Assembly: GCA_009103225.1 (NCBI GenBank) | Contig: RHPI01000193.1 | Coordinates: 287,612 to 351,611 of the forward strand | Origin: Chlorokybus atmophyticus | Taxonomy: Eukaryota; Plantae; Mesostigma and Chlorokybus algae | Direction of reading: 5' to 3' | DNA length: 64,000 nucleotides | Shown here: positions 17,125 through 27,134 of the stretch, piece after piece | How positions within the stretch are numbered: position 1 is the stretch's first letter | Layout: the number at the start of each line of letters is the position of its first letter | Position numbers and translations under genes: made by a program | Notes under the pieces: generated by a model | What the model saw: the letters and a program-made list of their open reading frames with translations, nothing else | What the model was told of the DNA's origin: nothing | The model's database searches: none

Positions 17125-17660
17125 GTGAGAAATTATTGCCATGCTTACTTGCAGAGTTTGTTAGGCAAGTTGCTTGTGGCGTTAGGGCATTCGTTGGTGA
17201 AGATCTCGATTACCATGTGTCCGGCAGCACAGCCATCATGGGTTGCCTTGCTTTGCGATGCAACAACGACATCACCAACCCCGCATTAAAAAAAAACAAG
17301 CGAAATCAAGCGAAACAACCATTTACAAGCAAAAGCAAGCCAGCAGGCAAGTGCAACTCTAGCATGGCAAAACTAGTTACTCGGCTCAAACGAGCGGAAT
17401 AGCATAGAAAGCAAGGAAGCATCCGGCTTCGCGTACTAATTGTTATACCATAGTCGCTTTGCCGACACGTTCATCTTGCAGCCTCATGCGGTAGCGTCGC
17501 AATATGTTTCCCCTGCCGGCCGACAAAATATTGGCAGCAGCCGTGCACCTGAGAATACTAATTGAAACTGTCGTGGCTCTGTCCACCTGTAATCTCGATA
17601 CAGGGACCTAATAGTAACTTCCGTTACTATCAGGCCCTTTCCTTTACAATTTAGTCTTAA

Positions 17661-18006
17661 CAGTTAACTATGCCTAATTAACAGGCGCCTGTTAGTTACC
17701 TATCAGACCTTAGCAGGTGACTATGCCTAATTAACAGCCACCTGTTAGTTATTTATGAGGCCTTAACAGGTGACTACACTTAATCAACAGGCACCTGTTC
17801 ATTACTTATTATGCCTTACCAAGTGACTACAACTAATTAACGGGCACCTGTAAGTTACACATCAGGCCTTAACAGGTGACTTCACCTAATTAGCAGGCAC
17901 TTGCAAATTGCACATCAGTCTTACTTAGGTGATTCAGCCTATGTAACAGGCACCTGCGGTTACACACCAGTCCAGCGCATGCGACTAAGTCTAATTTACA
18001 AGCACC
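17661..18006. repeat. Tandem array of ~6.5 copies of a 53-bp unit with internal dyad symmetry
   Basis: Consensus ~CAGGTGACTATGCCTAATTAACAGGCACCTGTTAGTTACCTATCAGGCCTTAA; the central AACAGGCGCCTGTT is a perfect palindrome in copy 1. Confidence 0.9.
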
Positions 18007-18343
18007 AACTGGGTCATTATCGATAAAATAATGCATTCTTTAAGCAACTGAAGGTAACTAATGCCTACCTGTTGTTATATGTATTTGCATAGCATGACTA
18101 CACGCGATTGTCACTGACTGCCAGCATCGTGATGTGCCTGTGCTGTGTACAGGTACCTGAAATGTGTACAGTGTCTCTCAGTCACTTGCCAAGGCTTGTA
18201 GTTCAATTATGTGACTTGAATGCCTGCAGTTCTGTTGTATATCATAGGGATGCAAGTATTGACATGCATGAGCATAATGACGATTGACTGAGCTGGTTTA
18301 AAATGCACAACACTTAGTCACAAGAGCCTTGCAGCTATGTACA

Positions 18344-20200
18344 CTACCAGCTAAACGGACTACCGACTGCGCACAGCTCCTCTCCATCATCGCTTTGCTC
18401 GTCCTTTTGGAAAAAAGCACCACGCGCTGGGGCTTGTGGAGGAGACACCGGAGCTTGCTCTTGCTCCTCAAACGGTTGTGCCAGCCAATCAAATGCCGCT
18501 TCTGCCTCAGCGAGCGGGTCACGAGCTGCTGTCTCTTGCGGCCGGCGCCAAATGGGATCTTTCAGGTATTCAACACAAGATGCAGTGCGGCATTTCACAA
18601 GGGTGAATGGCTGGAGGGCTGCGTACCGTTGCCTCATCTCCCGCTTCATTGACATGATCATGGTGTTAATTTTGCTGAGGTACTCTTCATGCGTGTCGAT
18701 GCTGGCAGCTACGAGAGGGTCTCCAGCCTTGCCCTTAAGGATGCGCTCCACCTGCGTAGTTTACAGGCATGTCTTCGTGGCATTGAAAGCCACTAATCAC
18801 TGCTGCGCATCTGCAAGCCTGTAGTTTGGGGCTACAGCATTCCTGATTTGCTAATGATACAGTTCAGAGTGCTCACCGTTAGCAACAGGTATGCGAGGTG
18901 GTTGACTGTCAGCTGCCTGCGACCGGGTGTAGTGACGGCGTAAGACCAGCATTGCACAATCATTTGCCAGATTATGGGATTGCCCCATTCATGGATGTAT
19001 CTCCTCCGCTCCAGGTTTCGTCTGCATTGTCGGTCACCTCATCTCCGCCATGACTTGTTTGCGACAGTCATACCAACAAGGCATTAGTCACGATATAGAT
19101 AGTTTAAGTTGAGCCTGCACCAGGCTAGAATAGTGCATGTGACTTACTTTGGAGCGCGTTGCGCATCTGGACTTTTTGGGTCTCGGGGTCCATTAGGGCG
19201 TCGATGTGCTTAATTAAATCGGTTACAATAGGCGAGATGTGTACGTGTGTATGGAGGCTGAGTAAGAAGGCAGTGTTGCATAGCAGACATGGTGATGAGG
19301 GACCCAACTCACTTGCGCTTGTTGCTGTTAAACAGTGTCCACTTGTACTCCTTCTCAAGGACATGCTTAATCTTGGTAACGTTCTCAAACCTGACCTACG
19401 TTGCTTTCTTCAAGGCGACACTCCAGTGGAAGGGGCACTCCTTGGGCGTCCAGTATATCTCATAATACTTGGCCGCATCGGCCTCGTCGTCATGGTCGAA
19501 GCCAACTACCTGTTACGGGCAGGTTGGTCAATGTCATGGTGCAGTGAGGTCATGAAGCATTCACAGCACCTGACACATGACGTTATGAATAGTGTCCTCC
19601 TAGGGATAAACGTGGCTCTCTACCCAGTGGCCGTTTATGATTTCAACGACGGCATCTCGCAAATGCTGTTTACAAAAGAACAATCTGTTACACACATGTA
19701 CACAGTGTCACACTGTCACACAGTGCTTACCTCGTTGCCAATCTTCCACTTGCTTGGGGAAGGGTTGCTAGCGGCCGAGGTTGCTACGTCACGGCTAAAT
19801 GCGTTTGGGTTGGGGGTTCCAATCGACCCTCTGCAAGCACAACCACATGAGTCATGCTGCCAGCCATGAAAGATGCAACCCTCACAGTTGAGAAAGAAGA
19901 ACAACGTGCATAGTGTATCCAGAACGCATGTAGTGAGTCACTGTGCCGGTCATGAAAGAAGCAAGCATCCAAGTTAGAAGTGAGCAAGAAGCAACGTGCA
20001 CAGTGCATCAAGAACGCATGCAATCTAGCTTGCCCTTGCGACCGCGGTGTCAGGTGGAGTTGTTGTGATGTGCTGGGCGTTAGCACGGGGTCTTGCTGCG
20101 ATTGGTTGGCGATGGTTGCCTGGTTGAACACTGGGGGCAATGTGGACAACTGGCGCCGACCTCTACGACGAGGTGCATCTACGGATGGACCACGAGGCAT
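18344..20200 (-). pseudogene. Unknown multi-exon gene (cargo gene A) with in-frame stops
   Basis: Exon-like blocks ending in gt donors: ..SNPSPSKWKIGNE|gtaagc (~19730); cag|VVGFDHDDEADAAKYYEIYWTPKECPFHWSVALKKAT*VRFENVTKIKHVLEKEYKW..; ..KHIDALMDPETQKVQMRNALQ|; last exon ..KINTMIMSMKREMRQRY..DEQSDDGEEL (18344-18751). Confidence 0.5.
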
Positions 20201-20382
20201 CTCTCTAACTGATAGTCGGGTGCCGCCTGTTTAGCTGATAGTGGCGCTGCTGCCTCCGCCGCTGCCGCCGCCGGTTGGCCCACCCGAATGTACGAGGCGA
20301 AAAAACGAAAAAGAGGCGGTTTTAAACGTCTAGTGTCCCGCACTAGAGTCGCACTTGTAGTGCGTGCTTGCTCCTATGGTTG

Positions 20383-20535
20383 ATGGTACGACTTATGCAT
20401 TCGTGCCATCCATGCTTCGTACAACCATTGGTAACAATGGTTGTGTTATAACACTTATGGTACGACAGAGGCATCTCTCGTCCAACCCCAGCCATTGCCG
20501 TACAATGGCTCTGTCGTACCGTCCGTGGTACAACA
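20383..20535. promoter_or_regulatory. GTAC / TGGTAC motif cluster 1 (putative divergent promoter between cargo gene A and the RING gene)
   Basis: 6 GTAC cores in ~140 bp, including TGGTAC at 20394, 20458 and 20526. Confidence 0.55.
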
Positions 20536-20645
20536 GAGGCATTGCTCGATCAGCCCTAATGGGAGTTAGCGTGCACTCACCCGAGCACGCTTCATTGATG
20601 GCCGCATAATGGCACGCAGGGGCACTAGGTCGATGACGGGTCGAA

Positions 20646-23600
20646 TGTCAGGCATAGTGGACCTGGGTTCGACTAGAAGGCGGAGGACCAGGACTCGGCG
20701 GCGGCGGCGGCGGCGGCGGCGTGGCACATTTTTTGAGAAGTTATGGTCGTAAGAGTTCAAGCAGCGAAGCCAGCTACTACCGGGCGCCACGTTATGGATC
20801 ATGGCAGGCGTCAGCAATGGGGCTGTCCAACATGCATCACCAACATTGGACAAACCAGCAGGCCACTAAGGACCAGCTTCACACATAGAGCTACTTGGTG
20901 GCTCGCTTTCTGCATCAGGGAGTGGAACCGGAACTGCAGTCCATGGAGCCCCTTGTTAGAACCATGTGGGACCAAGCGACTTGCGACTGTGGGAACAAGC
21001 ATAAAGGAATGCAGAGGTACGCTCAACAGTCACATGCATTTCCTTGCAAGAGCAATTTATCTTTTAGCGCAGTCCATGTGATACATGTAGCATGGCTGCA
21101 GGCCTCCACTATTCACCCATATTCACCCTATCGTCAAGCCGACATTGCGGAAGCCAGAGCAGCTAGATAGAGCTGGGCGGCGGTATGTTGTTGCCAATCT
21201 CGCTGTGCATGTTGACTGCATGCCTACCTTTGAATGCTAGGATGTGCGTGCGCGTGCGAAGTCGCGCGCGCGTGCCGAATGAAGTAGGCTGGGTTTGAGC
21301 ACAGGAGCGCGTGGCCATTCGTTCGGTGTTGAATCAGTAGTGCATCAACCAACAATAATGCAGTCCATGCAATCATTCGTGCATCAATCAGCAATGCCGC
21401 AGGTGACTGTTCCAAGCAACCAACTGATGACGGTGTGACGCAGTTGACTATTGCAATTGCAGTGTCGCATGCATGCAGCTAACCCACATGTGACTAGTTG
21501 ACAGCACCACAGTGCACTAGGTTCTGTTGGAGCTCCAATGCAAGCCTGGATTCAATCCCATCAACTGGTCCTTCAATCCCACTCGCTGATGGGCGCGACG
21601 GCAATGCGGCATCAGTTTAACATGCATATTGGCCTGTTGAATCCCGACATGTCCATTGGGGCAGTGGCGCATGATGTGCCCATGGCTCACGACGGCTCCT
21701 TGACGAGTCTGCGATCGAGGGTGGCGGGGAGAGTGCACCCAATACGACCTTGTCAGCCCCATGGCTTGCCTTGCTACATGCAGCCCACGGGCCATTGAGG
21801 TAAGTCGCTGCCTTTTATGCTTGTGCCTTGGTAACAATGCATCAGGCACTGCATAAGCTTATATTCGTCCTTTGCAACATTGTGCGCCATTTTATCCTGG
21901 GTCCTGTATACAGCCCCCTTGCTGCATGCACAAGTGGTCTCACCTGCCGCTCCTGCTCCCCTCGCAGCCAGAGCGCAACCACCTTCCGCGGCACCAGTCC
22001 TTCATGCACTGCCATCTCCTGCACGAGCAGCACTAGTGATTGCGGGGCAACAATCCTTCTTGCCGCAACCGGCGAAACCACATCACAATGCAACAACCGA
22101 TGTGGCTTCTGCACCTACCTTACCCCACCCGCTGCAAGTTGAAGCCGGCGGTCTGCCCCAAACTCAGGTACCTTATCAGTCATTGTGACTCTTGCCGTCC
22201 ACAATTGGACACACCGTTTGAGTGCTGTATGCGCACGCAGCAAGGGTCACCACTTACCAGCGAGTCACTAGAGGAGCTGGCCGCATTCCGCTTACGGCCA
22301 TTAGTCATGCTAGGTGGGCAGCTCGCCTCATGAAACCACTTCAATGCGCCGACGGATGGCAACTGCTACTACCATTTTGTGTTATGCGCCAGGCCATCCA
22401 TAGCGCAAAGTGTCCTGGATGATTACAAGTGCCCTAGCTCGAGCAGATTTGGGCCATGCCGGACACCATGGACGACGACGGCAGGGGGGACACTTTCTGC
22501 AAAATCACCGCCAAGGCTGTCGATGCAAGCATGGCCAGCAGAATCCTAGACTTCTGCAGAGCCACTGATGCCGCGGGAGAGATGGCGCAGTATTACACCA
22601 AACTGCCTGCGACCATGTTGGCTGATGTCAATTGCAACATTGACATAGCCATGGCCAAGATGCGACAGAACGTGCGGAGAAAAGATGTGTACGTCAAGCA
22701 CCTGCAGGTGACCATGTTTGCCAACAAGCTGGGCTTGTTTATTGGCTGCGTAACCGTGCAGCGCGAGCATGGGGAGTGGGTGCCACGGCCCGGCAGCGCA
22801 GTTTGGGTTGGAAATGAAGAAGCCCCCAACTCAGTCCTGGTGGTGGGCAACACTGCTCCTGATGAGTCAGAAGCACACTTTTGGCTCCTCAAGCCTGCAA
22901 GCACCGAACAATGGTCGTAGCTTATGCATGAAGTGACACCGGAGGTAGCAGACCTGATCAAAGAGTGGCGGAATGGCGTTGCCAATTTCCACTATCACCG
23001 GCTGTGCCCCAGAGTGCTGCACCGACGCCTCAGGCCTCGCCTTCGAGTAGTAGGCAAGAAGAAGCCGAGTGTTCTGCACATCCTGCCTCCCCTCAACCAC
23101 AGCCACATGCTCACATTAACAATCCAGCACCCTCCCTTCCTGCTGCGGAGACTCACTTGCCACCGCACTCTGACCACCCGGAGGCATCTCCATTAAGAAG
23201 CAGCGATAGCTCACCCTCTCTCTATAAGCTTGCCACATTGATCCCAGCCTGTCTTGTTGGTAAAGAGATTGATCGAGGTGTCCTGAACGCTGCGTTGAAA
23301 GACAAAGGCTTCATGCTCGACCTCGTGAAGCAACATGATGTCGTGGAGGAACGCGAGGCAACCAACAAGCGCAAGCCTGTGAAGCAAGAAGATAACGCCT
23401 TACCTCCTCTGAGTGATAGTGCCACGGAGAGCGCCTGCCAGGATGTGCAGGTTGACAAAAAGAAGAAGAAGAAGGTTGTTAGAACAAGGGACGCCAACAG
23501 GACCAAAAAAGGAAAGAGAGGCATCGTTACAACATTAGAAGAAGCACAGCGCCTTGAAGCCTCACTAGGGCTGACTGTGTGTCCCGAGTAGGCACAGGCG

Positions 23601-24624
23601 GGGTTACAGCGTCAAGTGGCTGCTTAGCATCGTCCAAAGAGACAGCAGGTGCGGCACGAGCTGCCTAAGCTCAAAGCATCGATGCGCAGACGCTTTAAGG
23701 GGCTGACTCGTAGTGCAATTGTTGATCGCCCTACAATACGCCCAAGACGCGCTGCATCACCGCATGCAGCATGCCTTGAGGTGGGTGACAAAAGTATGCA
23801 ATAAGTGGGAGCAAACGCGGAGAGTGCGGTCTAAACAGACCTCTGGGGATTGGCCGTGGTTGGAACCCTTACACGATATGGCCATCCGTAGTACATTGTT
23901 GCCCCTCGCCGTCCTCTATATGATGGTGTTGTTGCTGCCGCAGCAACCCGGCAATGTGCAAGAGCTATCCGCGGAGCAGATCTTTGCCCTGCTGCAGCAG
24001 ATGTACCTGTCGATGTCGATTAATGCGGGTCGAGTTGTGTGCCACTACCTCAGCAAAGATACTTGGTGGCAAGTAAAACCATTTGAGCTGTATATAGCAT
24101 GCTTTGGCTGACAATGGCTGTATGTCATACGGCACGTCGAGCTGATTTTGTGGAAGCTCGAAGAAGATGGCGATGCGGGGAAGTACACGAGTGACAACAG
24201 CCATGTCAAGGGCCTGGATGAACGCATGCTGGACGAGACCGCCAAGACCAGCAGGTGGTGTATGGCGGCAGATGGGCGTCAGGTGATCGAGCAGGCAGTG
24301 GAGCGTTATGCTGCGCCATTCAGATGGGAGTCGCTACGCCTGCAACGCAATAACAGAGTTTCGTGGCAGAGGCAGCTTGCACTCCCGCATGCACCATGTG
24401 TGCTGATTTGTCGCATTGAAGAGCCACGCCCCCCAGCGGATGGGGAGACGCCCTGTTGCAAGAAAGCAATGTGCCATGTCTGCATCATAGCACATCAGAA
24501 GACCGTGGCAAATAAATCAAAGAATCTACAAACGTGTAACTTCTGCAAGCAACCTCACCCATTTTGGTCGCCACACCTGATGCAAGACGCCAACGTGTCG
24601 GCGGTAATTTGGCCCCCGCCTTGA
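20646..24624 (+). pseudogene. Large cargo gene with a C-terminal RING-type zinc finger (several premature stops); 5' exons uncertain
   Basis: Long near-continuous reading frames 22456-23591 and 23713-24624, broken by TAG/TGA. Ends in CVLICRIEE..TPCCKKAMCHVCII..QTCNFCKQP (RING-like Cys spacing). Lys-rich patch DKKKKKKVVR. Upstream donors at ~21017 and ~21800 suggest 5' exons from ~20646. Confidence 0.6.
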
Positions 24625-24906
24625 TGACAATTGTGCATGTATTGTGGTTATGTGTTGGCTTCCTGTGAACCATGTAGGTACATGTATAGTTGCAGCATGG
24701 TGCATGGTGCACCCGAGTTCTGCTGTTGTCAGAAGCATTGGCTGTACATGTGTATGATAACTGCCCGACGCATGAGTCAGTGCATGGCTTGCATACCTCG
24801 CTGGTTCAGAGCGTGGTTGACAGCAACAAACTCGGACAGCGCTCCAGGTTCCATGGAATGACAGCACAGTATTACTCTACAATCGTGGTAGTATGCGAGT
24901 GTCCTT

Positions 24907-24990
24907 GTACTGTAGTACCATTGTCAGATGGAGTACCATTCATGTTGATGTAGTACCATGCATGGGTTTGCAATAGCGTCCATGGTACAG
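24907..24990. promoter_or_regulatory. GTACCA motif cluster 2 upstream of the Tudor-MTase gene
   Basis: GTACCA at 24915, 24933 and 24953, TGGTAC at 24983, plus GTAC at 24907. Confidence 0.55.
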
Positions 24991-25110
24991 TCGTGCTTCA
25001 CTTGAAGTTTGACCCATTTAGGGTTCGTAAGCTGGCAACCCTAAATTGATGCCCATACCCTAAAGTCTCGCTCAGTTTGTGGGCAGCCGTGCCGATTCCT
25101 ATTTTGCATA

Positions 25111-26836
25111 ATGTCGGCGACATTAATTGTATCCCCCTCACCTAGGAGACCATGCTTGGTGTGCCCACAATGCAATGCGTACGTATGTGCCAATGGCCGT
25201 AGGCAGCAAATGCGAGCACATTTGCTCGAATGCCAGCAAGTGCAGACAGTGTGCCACGATTTTTGTGCTGCTTGCTGGCATCACACCACACACAATGTCG
25301 ACATGTTTGGCTGCCGCCTCGGCCAAGTGCTGTGCAAGGAACCCGAGTTTTTCCATTGCGTGCAGTGCGTGTGCGAATCGTGCTCGCGCTCATGCTTCGA
25401 GTGGCGAGGGGATCCCATGCGCTTCTTCATATGGACAACACCGGGACATGTGGTGAGTGGACAGGTGGTGGATGCTGTGGAGGTAATTCGGCAGAGTGGA
25501 CCGCGACGTATCACTGCATGCTATGTTGGGCGTATGCTTATGTCATGCATGTTGAAGCTGTTGTCGCATTCACAGCAGTCTTCCACGGTGTGGGCGTGAG
25601 CAGTTCCATCCCCTGGCTGCTGTAGAGGAGGCAGACCATCGATCGTTGGACAGCGCACTGCATCGGCTGCGGAACGCACTTAAGTTGGGATGCAAGCAGC
25701 TGATTGGTGTGAGTGTCATGGTGCATTGGCCGCTGGATGGGGAATGGTATGCGGGCGTTGTGGAATCATTCAAGCAAGCATCAGGTCAGCATCGTTTCGT
25801 GGCGTGCGAGATTGAGGACGCATCATATATGCATGGTGCAATGGGAAATGTCTTTGCAGGGCAGCACCGTATAGTATACGATGACGGTGAGCGACCACAA
25901 ACCATCAACTTCAAAGGGCACAACGTATTCGCATACACATCAGCTGATGAGGCACGCCATGTTCTGCGCGCCGGAGGGGAGAACGTCAGTCGCAAAGTAA
26001 GCCCGGACGGCATCATTATTAGTCCCTGACCAACACCACGGCCAGCCTTGACCACATACACGCCATTTAACAACAAGCTTGGACGCACACGCAGACCAAG
26101 GGCACTCGACCTATTCTGCGGCGGTGGCGGTGCCAGTGTCGGTCTATATCACGCAGGCTTTGACGTGACTGGGATGGACATAAGTCTCTCCACTAATTAC
26201 CCACTGCCCTTCATATACCGCGATGTATGCACTCTGAGTGCAGGAGAGCTGAACGAGTACGAGCTCATATGGGCCAGTCCACCATGCTAGGCCTATTCAG
26301 GTGCTATCCCGGCACCTCAACGGGCGGCACATGGCACATCCTGGAGACACCAGGATATGATACCGCTCGCCCGACATCTGCTGCTTGCAAGCCAAATCAA
26401 GTTTGTGATTGAGAATGTGCCAGGAACAGCTTCCTCATTCAGACCCAATCTGTCCCTTTGTGGCACGATGTTTGGCCTATCAGCTTTCCGACACCGTCTG
26501 CTTGAAACACAGCCAGTGGTAGCTACCCCACTAGCACGCTGCGCGCACGCGAGCAAGACGGTTGAACTGCTATCTTCGCAACTGTCCGCTAGCGCGAAGA
26601 AGACAACCGTAACATCAAACGCGCCACAACAAATGCACCCGGTCTATGGCCTTACAAGCACCAAGGGCGGCATTGCTGCATGGCAAACAGCGCTGGGAGT
26701 GCCATGGATAACCTCGGCCGTTACCATAGAAAATGCAGTTCCTCCCGCAATGGCGGAGTGCACAGGGCGTCTCATGCTTGAAACAATGGATACGCGCTGT
26801 GATTACCCTCCTGCATCATGGAACTATGAGGCTTGA
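25111..26836 (+). pseudogene. Cys-rich N-terminus (linkage uncertain) + Tudor domain + C5 DNA cytosine methyltransferase of compact phage/bacterial type, with two in-frame stops
   Basis: One reading frame runs ~25576-26836, broken only by TGA 26027-29 and TAG 26288-90. Tudor-like: LIGVSVMVHWPLDGEWYAGVVESFKQASG(intron 25785-25859)QHRIVYDDGE. MTase motifs: I ALDLFCGGGG (26102), IV WASPPC* (26270-90), VI FVIENV (26402), VIII LCGTMFGL..RHRLLE, X ENAVPPAMAECTG. Confidence 0.9.
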
Positions 26837-27134
26837 GTGTGGTGCACTGTATTGATGCCTTATGCCCCACGGCGGACTGATTGTTGAATGTTGCATGGCA
26901 CGTTCGATTGTGGTGACAGTTGTGCAGTGCCAGCTGCTCGGTATTGTACACGTCTACATGCAAAAGTCTTAGCATACGATTAGCAATGCCTAACTGACTG
27001 ATATGCTCCAATCTCAGAATAGTGAGACAAGTACATGGGTCACGTGGTAGTGCAGTGAACGTTCACCCAATACTTGCCCTCTTGTACACGGGCGCTGTCC
27101 TTGTCCAACATGGGAAGCAGCTGGACAATGCCTT

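Noticed and set aside
17150-17260. Cyclophilin-like exon (GHMVIEIFTNECP resembling GRIVIELFADVVP)
   Set aside because: Only a short resemblance; the expected downstream motifs (FHRV, QGGD, MAN..NGSQFFI) were not found in neighbouring exon-like blocks.
17661-18006. CRISPR array
   Set aside because: Units are contiguous 53-bp repeats without unique spacers, there are no cas genes, and the context is eukaryotic.
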